From Pristiophorus japonicus (taxonomy: Eukaryota), in NCBI RefSeq assembly GCF_044704955.1, contig NC_092002.1, forward strand, positions 12,152,001 through 12,216,000: a stretch of DNA of 64,000 bases, in the 5' to 3' direction. Below, piece by piece: positions 29,344 through 38,994 of this stretch; the stretch's first letter is position 1; each line of letters opens with the position of its first letter. A program made the translations under genes and the position numbers. The notes under the pieces are model-generated. The model was not told the DNA's origin and searched no databases. It was given only the letters and a program-made list of their open reading frames with translations.

Positions 29344-29645
29344 TGTGTGAGGGTCAGGGGTTAGTGTGTGAGGGGGTCAGTGTGTGTGTCAGGGAGTCAG
29401 AGGTCAGTGTGTGAGAGAGTCAGGGGTCAGTATGTGGGGGTCAGGGGTCAGTGTGAGAGTCAGGGGTCGGTGTGCGTCGGGTCAATATGTGAGCGGGGTC
29501 AGGAGCCCGTGTGTGAGCGGGTCAGAGGTCAGTGTGTATGTGAGGGGTCAGAGGTCAGTATGTGCGTGTCGAGGGTCAGGGGTCCGTGTGTGAGCGGGTC
29601 AGAGGTCAGTGTGTATGTGAGGGGGTCAGGGGTCAGTATGTGAGA
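29344..29645. repeat. Degenerate minisatellite rich in GGGTCAG(A/G)GGTCA
   Basis: Seen directly; five perfect RGGTCA-N-RGGTCA elements. Confidence 0.85.
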
Positions 29646-29754
29646 TGGGGGAGAGGGTCTTGTCGCTCAGATTTCTAACAAACTTGTTTTCTGTGATTTA
29701 GCCTTAAGAATTGAAGCTGTTTAAGGATTCTTCTTGGCGTGAGGAGAGTGGACG

Positions 29755-29802
29755 ATGTCAGATGGAAGTAGAGGGCTTAGCCTTCCAGAGCTGGCACAGC
29801 AG
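29755..29802 (+). CDS. Uncharacterised 101-aa protein, coding exon 1 (MSDGSRGLSLPELAQQ)
   Basis: Acceptor TTTTCTGTGATTTAG| at 29701. First ATG of the exon is at 29755 with A at -3. Phase-0 donor CAG|GTAATC. Confidence 0.72.
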
Positions 29803-29964
29803 GTAATCCAGTCTGGTACAACAATTTACACATTACCCACTGTCTGATACAGCAGGTAAATCCCTAACCTGACCCTCTCCAGAGACACTAATCCATCCAA
29901 GCTAGTTACAGCCTCTCTGTCTGCCTGTCCCTATCACCGTCTCTACCCCTGTCTGTGCCTCATT

Positions 29965-30280
29965 ATCATAAGAACATAAGAAATAGGAGCAGGAGTAGGC
30001 TGTACGGTCCCTCGAGCCTACTCCACCATTCAATAACATCATGGCTGATCTACTTCACTTTCCCACACAATCCGCTTGATACCCTTTTGTGTCCAAAAAT
30101 CTAGGGATCTCAGTCTTGAATATACTCAACATCCACAGCCCTCTAGTTGAAAATTCGAAAGATTCACAGCAGTGAAGAAATTTCTTCTCGTCTCAGTCTT
30201 AAATGGCCGACTCCTTATCCTGAGACTGCGCCCACCCCTAGTTCTAGACTCTCCAGTCAGGGGCCACAACCTCTCACCAT
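29965..30280 (-). mobile_element. Degenerate CR1 3' fragment, followed by CT-rich low-complexity sequence to about 30590
   Basis: CATAAGAACATAAGAAATAGGAGCAGGAGTAGGC is the reversed CR1 tail. Confidence 0.8.
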
Positions 30281-30642
30281 CTATCTCTGTCTGTCTCTCC
30301 CTGTCTGTCTGTTTCTATCACTGTCTCTGTCCCTCTCTATCCCTGTTTGCCTGTCTCTATCGCTGTCTCTCTATCTCTGATTCTCTCTCTCTTTCTGTCT
30401 CTATCTCTGTCTCTCTCTAATCCTGCCTGTCTGTCTCTATCATTGTGTCTGTCTGTCTCTCTATTGCTTTCTGTCTCCCTATTGGTGTCTGTCTCTCTAT
30501 CACTGTCTGTCTCTCTATCTCTGTCTCTATCTCTCTCTAATCCTGCCTGTCTGCCTCTATCATTGTGTCTCTCTCTATCCCTGTCTGAGAGAGACAGTCA
30601 CATTCAGCTGAAACGATGTAATTCTGGCTCTGATTGTTAAAG

Positions 30643-30774
30643 ATAGCGCTGTGGAATTGGCTGAATTCTGAAGATGAGGCGAGCAAGCAGCTGTTGAAAG
30701 CAGTGACTGGAGCGCGATTGGCTCACTCACTGTTGCAGCGCCTGACGGGACAGGACACCATTAACCTGTACAAG
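30643..30774 (+). CDS. Uncharacterised 101-aa protein, coding exon 2 (IALWNWLNSEDEASKQLLKAVTGARLAHSLLQRLTGQDTINLYK)
   Basis: AG at 30641-30642, 132 nt open, donor AAG|GTAACG, phase 0/0; non-repetitive protein-like sequence. Confidence 0.8.
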
Positions 30775-30934
30775 GTAACGAGAAAGGCCGGCTGTGGACT
30801 CTTCCACCCTGGATCCGCTTCGGTTTGGTCTTAATCGCGAGGAGGTTCCTGATGGGTAAATCTGGGCGGAGGGGCTTCTGGAATGAGCATGTGATTATCA
30901 TGTGAAAAGGGGGAGGGGCCAATGGGGAAATCTC

Positions 30935-32245
30935 CCTGGGAGTGTTTGATGGAGACAGTGTAGAGGGAGCTTTACTCTGTATCTAACCCCGTGCTGTATC
31001 TGCCCTGGGAGTGTTTGATGGGACAGTGTAGGGGGAGCTTTACTCTGTATCTAACCCCGTGCTGTATCTGCCCTGGGAGTGTTTGATGGCACAGTGTAGA
31101 GGGAGCTTTACTCTGTATCTAACCCCGTGCTGTACCTGCCCTGGGAGTGTTTGATGGGACAGTGTAGAGGGAGCTTTACTCTGTATCTAATCCCATGCTG
31201 TACCTGCCCTGGGAGTGTTTGATGGGACAGTGTAGAGGGAGCTTTACTCTGTATCTAACCCCATGCTGTACCTGCCCTGGGAGTGTTTGATGGGACAGTG
31301 TAGAGGGAGCTTTACTCTATCTAACCAGTGCTGTACCTGCCCTCAGAGTTTTGGATGGGACAATGTAGAGGGAGCTTTACTCTGTATCTAACCTGTGCTG
31401 TACCTGCCCTCGGAGTGGGTGATGGGACAGTGTGGAGGGAGCTTTACTCTGTATCTAACCCCATGCTGTACCTGCCCTGGGAGTGTTTGATGGGACAGTG
31501 TAGAGCGAGCTTTACTCTGTATCTAACCCCATGCTGTATCTGCCCTGGGAGTGTTTGATGGGACGGTGTAGAGGGAGCTTTACTCTGTATCTAACCCCGT
31601 GCTGTACCTGCCCTGGGAGTGTTTGATGGGACAGTGTAGAGGGAGCTTTACTCTGTATCTAACCCCGTGCTGTACCTGCCCTGGGAGTGTTTGATGGGAC
31701 AGTGTAGAGCGAGCTTTACTCTGTATCTAACCCCATGCTGTATCTGCCCTGGGAGTGTTTGATGGGATGGTGTAGAGGGAGCTTTACTCTGTATCTAACC
31801 CCGTGCTATACCTGCCCTGGGAGTGTTTGATGGGACAGTGTAGAGGGAGCTTTACTCTGTATCTAACCCCGTGCTGTACCTGCCCTGGGAGTGTTTGATG
31901 GGATGGTGTAGAGGGAGCTTTACTCTGTATCTAACCCCGTGCTATACCTGCCCTGGGAGTGTTTGATGGGACAGTGTAGAGGGAGCTTTACTCTGTATCT
32001 AACCCCGTGCTGTACCTGCCCTGGGAGTGTTTGATGGGACGGTGTAGAGGGAGCTTTACTCTGTATCTAACCCCGTGCTGTACCTGCCCTGGGAGTGTTT
32101 GATGGGACAGTGTAGAGGGAGCTTTACTCTGTATCTAACCCCGTGCTGTACCTGCCCTGGGAGTGTTTGATGGGACAGTGTAGAGGGAGCTTTACTCTGT
32201 ATCTAACCCCGTGCTGTACCTGCCCTGGGAGTGGGTGTTGGGACA
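30935..32245. repeat. 68-bp minisatellite CCCTGGGAGTGTTTGATGGGACAGTGTAGAGGGAGCTTTACTCTGTATCTAACCCCGTGCTGTACCTG (about 19 copies), intronic
   Basis: Highly homogeneous head-to-tail units. Confidence 0.97.
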
Positions 32246-32451
32246 GCGTAGCAGGTGGCCCCCTGGAGGAGCAGCTGGATGGGGTAGGGAGCGTGGATCC
32301 GCTCCTCTGCAGCACGCCCTCGGTGTCTCTTCCCTCCCCGCCCGAGGAGCGTCAACAACTCTCGGGTGCTTTCCTGATCCTTTGTGTCGGGGGCCGTTGG
32401 AGAAACACTGTCACGATTCCAGCAGTAACCACGTTGCGTTCCCGTCCACAG

Positions 32452-32577
32452 AGGCAGTGCATCCTCGGCATGGCGGAGTTTGTGAAGGCCAATCCGCGCG
32501 CCTCGCAGTCTCAGCTGAACGAGGAGCTGAAGAAACAAGTGCTGCTGTTTGCAGTGCGAGTCAGTGCCTCCCAGTGA
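32452..32577 (+). CDS. Uncharacterised 101-aa protein, last coding exon (RQCILGMAEFVKANPRASQSQLNEELKKQVLLFAVRVSASQ*)
   Basis: Acceptor TTGCGTTCCCGTCCACAG| at 32451, phase 0, GC3-rich codons, TGA at 32575-32577. Candidate polyA signal ATTAAA at 32898-32903. Confidence 0.8.
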   Translation, partial: RQCILGMAEFVKANPRASQSQLNEELKKQVLLFAVRVSASQ

Positions 32578-33009
32578 CTCCCAGCCACAGGCCGATTGCG
32601 TGTAGAGTCTGGACCTTTGCCACTGTTTGAACTTGACTTGAGCGACCCCAATCGATGCCTTTTGTTAATCTCTCTGTCACATTCTCTCTCGCCCTTCATT
32701 CACTTCGCTGTGACATTCCCCAATGCTGTTGACTGTGTTACTAACCTCCTCATTCTTCCATGGAATTTCGAACTTGCTGAGAATGAAGCTTTGTTGCTGG
32801 GGTGCCTAATAAGGGGACTTCAGATTTATTATTGAACAGTTACACTAAAGTGTGCATTTGATCAGGAATGTTCCCTTTAAACATTGTGCCAAGCAACATT
32901 AAATCTCGGTAAACAAACTCTTCCAAGTCTACTCTTCAATCTCTCGTCGTCTTTGGGTTATTGAAACTTCTGCGTCTTCCAACTATGTTCTGTTTTGTGG
33001 CAGCTTAGG

Positions 33010-33997
33010 CCCGTGGCTCAGTGGGCAGCCCCCTCGCCTCTGAGTCAGAAGGTTGTGGGTTCGAGTCCCACTCCAGGGACTTGAGCACAAACATCCAAGT
33101 TGACACTCCCAGTGGAGTGCTGCAGTGTCAGAGGTGCCGTCTTTCGGATAAGACGCCCTGTTTGCCCTCGAGTTATCCCCGGTGTCCTGGCCAATATTTG
33201 TCCCTCAATCGACATCACTTTAAAAAAAAAACCCACAACAGATTATCTGGTTGCTGCAGGTGGGATCTTGCTGTGCGCAAATTGGTTGCCGCGTTCCTTA
33301 ATTTACAACAGTGACTACACTTCAAAAAAAGTACTTCATTGGCTGTAAAGCGCTTTGAGACGTCCGGAAGTCGTGAAAGGCGCTATAGAAATGCAAGTCT
33401 TTTTCCACCCGCATCTGGTCCTGAAACCAGCCTCTGTCGATATCTATCAGATCAGCTTTGTGCAATAGGGTGAGATGTAGTAGGAGGAGGCTTGTGTGGA
33501 GTATAAACACCGGCACGGACCCGTTGGACCGAATGGTCTGTTTCTGTGCTGTACGTGTCAGCTGTGGCTCACCTCGCCTCTGAGTCAGAAGGTTGTGGGT
33601 TCAAATCCCACTCCAGGGACTTGAGCACAAAAATCTAGGCTGACACTCCCAGTGCAGTGCTGAGGGAGCGCCGCACTGTCGGAGGTGCCGTCTTTCGGAT
33701 GAGACGTTAAACCGAGGCCCCGTCTGCTCTCTCGGGTGGACATAAAAGATCCCACGGCACTATTTCGAACAAGAGCGGAGGAGATGTCTTGGAGCCAATA
33801 TTTATCCCTCAATCAACAACAAAAACCAGATGATCTGGGTCATTATCACATTGCTGTCTGTGGGAGCTTGCTGTGCGCAAATTGCCTGCCGTGGTTCCCC
33901 CATTACAACAGCGACTACACGCCAAAAAGTACTTCATTGGCTGTAAAGCGCTTTGGGATATCCGTTGCTGGTGAAAGGCGCTATATAAATTCAAGTC
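33010..33997 (+). mobile_element. Two tandem Deu-domain SINEs (about 33010-33400 and 33560-33997)
   Basis: Same head, core and tail as the copy at 20275. Confidence 0.82.
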
Positions 33998-34039
33998 TTG
34001 TTACATTCCATGTCATTCACCCACACACACAGACTGCTG

Positions 34040-34457
34040 CGGGCCGGAGGGGGCGCTGTGGGCGGAGGCCGGAGCCGGGAGAGGAGAGGCCGGGCCGGAG
34101 GGGGCGCTGTGCGCGGAGGCCGGGAGAGGAGAGGCTGGGCCGGGCCGGGCCGGAGGGGGCGCTGTGGGCGGAGGCCGGGAGAGGAGAGGCCGGGAGGGGG
34201 CGCTGTGGGCGGAGGCCGGGCCGGGCCGGAGGGGGCGCTGTGCGCGGAGGCCGGGAGAGGAGAGGCCGGGAGGGGGCGCTGTGGGCGGAGGCCGGGCCGG
34301 AGGGGGCGCTGTGCGCGGAGGCCGGGCCGGGAGAGGAGAGGAGGGGCCGGGCCGGGCCGGGCCGGAGGGGGCGCTGTGCGCGGAGGCCGGGCCGGGAGAG
34401 GAGAGGAGAGGCCGGGGCCGGGCCGGGCCGGGCGGGTGTTGTGGCTTCGGGCTGAAG
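34040..34457 (+). promoter_or_regulatory. DMWD CpG-island promoter/5' UTR made of a GC-rich tandem repeat (8 x GGAGGGGGCGCTGTG)
   Basis: Directly upstream of the ATG; includes GGGCGGAG GC boxes. Confidence 0.75.
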
Positions 34458-34709
34458 ATGGCGGCCGAGGGCGGAGGCAAGGAGCTGAACGAGATCAAGT
34501 CGCAGTTCCGCACCCGGGAGGGCGCCTACAAGCTGCTCAGCCTGTCCGAGTACAGCCGCCCCAACCGGGTGCCGCTCAGCGCCGCGCAGGGCACCAACCC
34601 GGTGCGGGTGTCGCTGGTCAACGTGCGGGACCAGAGCGGCAGCGGGGACCGCATCTGCTTCAATGTGGGCCGCGAGCTCTACCTCTACTTGTACCGCGGC
34701 CCCAGGAAG
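34458..34709 (+). CDS. DMWD: DMWD (WDR20-family WD40 protein; USP12/USP46 complex partner family), exon 1
   Basis: MAAEGGGKELNEIKSQFRTREG..RICFNVGRELYLYLYRGPRK, 84 codons, donor AAG|GTAGGC. KSQFRTREG is DMWD-like (WDR20 has KTQFTTREG as recalled). Confidence 0.88.
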
Positions 34710-34724
34710 GTAGGCCCAGCCCTG

Positions 34725-35150
34725 GGGGCAGGGGTTGGGGTGTCAAGGGTTGGGGGTCAAGGGTGGTGGGGTGTCAAGGGTTGGGGGTCAAGGGTGGTGG
34801 GGTGTCAGGTAGTGGGGTGTTAAGGGTTGGGGGGTCAAGGGTGGTGGAGTGTCAGGTAGTGGGGGTCATATACTGTGGGAGGTTTAAGGGTAGTGAGTCA
34901 CAGGCTTGGGGTGTGGTGGATTCAAACCAGTTAGAGAGCGGTCACGGTTTGAGGGGCTGTCGTGTAGTGAGGGGGTCAAGGGTTGGGTGCCGGGTATTGG
35001 AGAGTTCAAGGGTTGGGTGTCGAGGGTAGTGGGGTGTCCAGGTAATGGGTAGTGGTGGGGAGGGTTAAGGGTAGTGGGTCACAGGTTAGGGGTCAGGTCG
35101 GGTGTGTGGTGGTTTGCGGTCTGGTAGTGAGGGGTCAAGAGTTGTGTGGT
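34725..35150 (+). repeat. G-rich low-complexity repeat (GGGGTGTCAAGGGTTGGGGGTCAAGGGTGGT-like) at the start of DMWD intron 1
   Basis: Seen directly; many G3-G6 runs. Confidence 0.8.
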
Positions 35151-35629
35151 CAGATAGTGAGGTAACAAGTTTTAGGATCAGGTAATGCGATATCAAGTTT
35201 TGGGATTAGGTAGTGAGATTTAGGGTCAGGTAACATGGGGGGGGGGAGAGAGAGAGGAAGAGTTCGGGTCAGGTAGCAGGGGATGGAGAACCAGTGCTCA
35301 TGGGCACAAGTGTTGGGAGACAAATGCAATGCAATACAATACCGAATGATCGCAAAACATCTGTTCCCATTAGAGCAGTGAAATACATTTGTATTTGTCA
35401 AGATGTTAATGTTTGTGATAATGGAATTACTCGGTGAGATATCAAGGGGGCCAGGCTGTGCGTTTACAAATTGTTTGGAGCTACAGGCTACATGGTCCCA
35501 TCAAACACTATCAGGCTAGATTGTCAAGCTGGCTGGATGGACAGTGTGTAACCCACAACATCATCCGGGGGGGAAGAGCAGCCAGCATTGGTTCAGTGAC
35601 TACATTTCAGGAAGTACTTCATTGGCTGG

Positions 35630-35860
35630 AGATTCTAGAACTAGGGAGCATAGTCTCAGGATAAGGGGTCGGCCATTTGGGACTGAGATGAGGGATTTCT
35701 TCACTCAGAGGGTGGTGAATCTTCGGAATTCTCTGCCCCAGAGGGCTGTGGAGACTCAGTCGTTGAGTATGTTCAAGGTTGAGATCGATACTTGGACTCT
35801 AGGGAAGTCAAGAGATATGAAGATCGGGCAGTAACGTGTAGTTAAGGTTGAAGATCAGCC
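35630..35860 (+). mobile_element. CR1 3' fragment
   Basis: SRTREHSLRIRGRPF..FFTQRVVNLRNSLPQ. Confidence 0.85.
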
Positions 35861-35944
35861 ATTCTTGTGTTCCGCTCATGCTGCTTGTAATACTGAGACC
35901 CAGAGCCGTCTGGACTGACAGTGAGTCTTTTATCTTCTCCTCAG

Positions 35945-36127
35945 GCAGCAGATCTGAGTAAACCCATTGACAAACGTATATACAAAGGGACGCAGCCCAC
36001 CTGTCATGATTTTAACCAGTTCACCGCGACACCCGACAGTGTCTCGCTCGTCGTGGGCTTCTCAGCAGGGCAGGTCCAGTACCTGGATCCCATCAAGAAA
36101 GAAACCAGCAAGTTGTTCAATGAAGAG
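35945..36127 (+). CDS. DMWD: DMWD exon 2
   Basis: Acceptor CTCCTCAG| and donor GAG|GTAGTG; AADLSKPIDKRIYKGTQPTCHDFNQFT..GQVQYLDPIKKETSKLFNEE (61 aa). FNQFT and QVQYLD are DMWD-type. Confidence 0.93.
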
Positions 36128-36433
36128 GTAGTGTCATCGCCCCAAGTACGAGTTGCACTTTCGAGGTTTGGCAATGATTCGGTCACTTTCTAACCAGCTG
36201 GGCAGCGGTTTCGGTTGTCCTGTTGTGGAGTGACGCAAGAGTGTTCGAGTCTACCCGAGTCTATCCTGTCCTTGTGGGGTGATTGAGTGTTCCTGAGTCT
36301 ATCCTGTCCTTACAGAGTGACTGTGTGTCCGTGAGTCTATCCATTATTGTGGAGTGACAGTGTTCCTGAGTCTATCCTGTCCTTGCAGAGTGATTGAGAC
36401 TGTTCCTGAGTCTGTCCCTGGGCACGGTAGTTT

Positions 36434-36625
36434 CATCATCATCATCATCATAGGTAGTCCCTCGAAGCGAGAATGGCTTGCTGCCACGCCAAAAAGGGAT
36501 GAGTTCAGAGGTGTTTCAATGTTCCAAATCCCGAACTAATATTCCGGATCCCGAACTACATGTTGAAGGGTGGAAGATGCCTGTGCGTGAATATTTTTAA
36601 CGTGCGGTGGCCGTTTTGGAGGATG
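36434..36625 (-). mobile_element. RTE-like 3' end fragment
   Basis: (CAT)n followed by AGGTAGTCCCTCG, similar to the RTE tails at 14712 and 40896. Confidence 0.6.
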
Positions 36626-36769
36626 TGGCACATGCGACTCCTCATCTGTAACAGAAAACAGCAGACGAGTGGTTAGCAGCAGGGGAGGGGGCAGGGTGAC
36701 ATGAGGAAGGTCACATAGCACAGGCTCATTTGAAATACTGCCCCGACTCCCATTATATGTAGTTCAACG

Positions 36770-38377
36770 ACACTACGTCACATTGCCCCAACCCTAGTCC
36801 ACAGACACTACGTCACATTGCCCCAACCCTAGTCCACAAACACTACATCACATTGCCCCAACCCTAGTCCACAGACATTACATCACATTGACCCAACCAT
36901 AGTCCAGAGACACTACATCACATTGCCCCAACCCTAGTCCACAGACACTACATGACATTGCCCTAACCCTAGTCCACAGACACTGCATGACATTGCCCCA
37001 ACCCGAGTCCACAGACACTGCATGACATTGCCCCAACCCTAGTCCACAGACACTGCATGACATTGCCCTAACCCTAGTCCACAGACACTGCATGACATTG
37101 CCCCAACCCTAGTCCACACACACTACGTCACATTGCCCCAACACTAGACAAGAGACACTACATGACATTGCCTCAACCCGAGACAAGAGACACTACATGA
37201 CATTGCCCCAACTCTAGACAAGAGACACTACATGACATTGCCCCAACCCGAGTCCAGAGACACTACATCACATTGCCCCAACCCTAGTCCACAGATATTA
37301 CGTCACATTGACCCAATAGTCCACAGACATTACATCACATTGCCCCAACCCAAGACAAGAGACACTACATCACATTGCCCCAACCCTAGTCCACACACAC
37401 TACATCACATTGCCCCAACCCTAGTCCAGAGACATGACATCACATTGACCCAAACCTAGTCCACAGATATTACGTCACATTGACCCAATAGTCCACAGAC
37501 ATTACATCACATTGCCCCAACCCTAGTCCACAGACACTACATGACATTGCCCCAACCTTAGTCCACAGACATTACATCACATTGCCCCAACCCTAGACAA
37601 GAGACACTACATCACATTGCCCCAACCCGAGACAAGAGACACTACATGACATTGCCTCAACCCGAGACAAGAGACACTACATGACATTGCCTCAACCCGA
37701 GACAAGAGACATTACATCACATTGCCCCAACCCTAGACAAGAGACACTACATGACATTGCCCCAACCCTAGTCCAGAGACACAACATCACATTGCCCCAA
37801 CCCTAGTCCAGAGACACTACATCACATTGCCCCAACCCTAGTCCACACACACTACATCACATTGCCCCAACCCTAGTCCAGAGACATTACATCACATTGA
37901 CCCAACCCTAGTCCACAGACATTACGTCACATTGCCCCAACCCGAGTCCAGAGACATTACATCACATTGACCCAACCCTAGTCCACAGACATTACGTCAC
38001 ATTGACCCAATAGTCCACAGACATTACATCACATTGCCCCAACCCTAGTCCAGAGACACTACATCACATTGCCCCAACCCTAGTCCACACACACTACAAG
38101 ACATTGCCCCAACCTTAGTCCACAGACATTACATCACATTGCCCCAACTCTAGACAAGAGACACTACATCACATTGCCCCAACCCTAGTCCAGAGACACG
38201 ACATCACATTGCCCCAACCCTAGTCCACAGACACTGCATCACATTGCCCCAACCCAAGACAAGAGACACTACGTCACATTGCCCCAACCCTAGTCCACAC
38301 ACACTATGTCACATTGCCCCAACCCTAGTCCACAGACACGACATCATATTGCCCCAACCCCAGTCCACAGACACTAC
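36770..38377. repeat. 35-bp minisatellite CATTGCCCCAACCCTAGTCCACAGACACTACATCA (about 46 copies), DMWD intron 2
   Basis: Period of 35 measured from 36781 to 36816. Confidence 0.96.
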
Positions 38378-38994
38378 TGGGGCTGTGGCTGAGAGTGTTG
38401 TGGACTGGAATCTTTGCGTCCTGCAGCAAGGCCTTTCAATGGAGAAGAGAAAGGACTGGGAGATCGTCGGTGCTCTCCCGTACTCCCTGGATCGAGAGGA
38501 CCGGGTGGCCTTGGGCTGAGGGCCAATAATGAGAAGCCTCCCATTTAACCGAGATCTTCCTCCCATTCGCTCCCTTCCATTCCTGCTGGCAATGTTATTT
38601 TTGTCACGTGGTCACTCGATTCACCCTCCCATTCCCCTTAGAATTTCCTTTGCCCGCCAATCCCGACGTGTAATGCTGCACACTGGAGGTCCCCTCAGCC
38701 CCGTTTAAAAATAACTTTCTCCCACTCAACTCACCGCATGAGTGGCACTCGGGATCCCAGCCTGTCACCTGCGTGGGCGGGATTTAAACCCAGCCCTTAC
38801 TGTGCCACCCACCTGACCTTTCACCTGGTTGGACCTTGGTGGGACAGCAGCGTGCGAGGCGCTGAATGTACTTTCTAATGTCCAGAGTTTTGACATTGGC
38901 AGTAAATCGCTCATCTCTGTCTTTGAAAGCTGCCACGGGATTTTGTATTCGGGGTTAAATCTAACACAGCTACCACCTCGTGCCATGGGGAATG

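Noticed and set aside
30935-32245. 68-bp periodic array resembling CRISPR repeat-plus-spacer length
   Set aside because: The whole unit is repeated with no variable spacer; it is an intronic minisatellite.
1-32245. Shared CACTG/CTGTATC words among the 16-, 26- and 68-bp repeats suggesting common origin
   Set aside because: The matches are too short to distinguish from chance.
33010-33085. tRNA-like sequence with A/B boxes
   Set aside because: It is the head of a multi-copy SINE and continues into the Deu core; it is not a tRNA gene.
33736-35029. Gly/Arg-rich ORFs around the DMWD start
   Set aside because: Products of the GC-rich promoter repeat; the real frame starts at ATG 34458.
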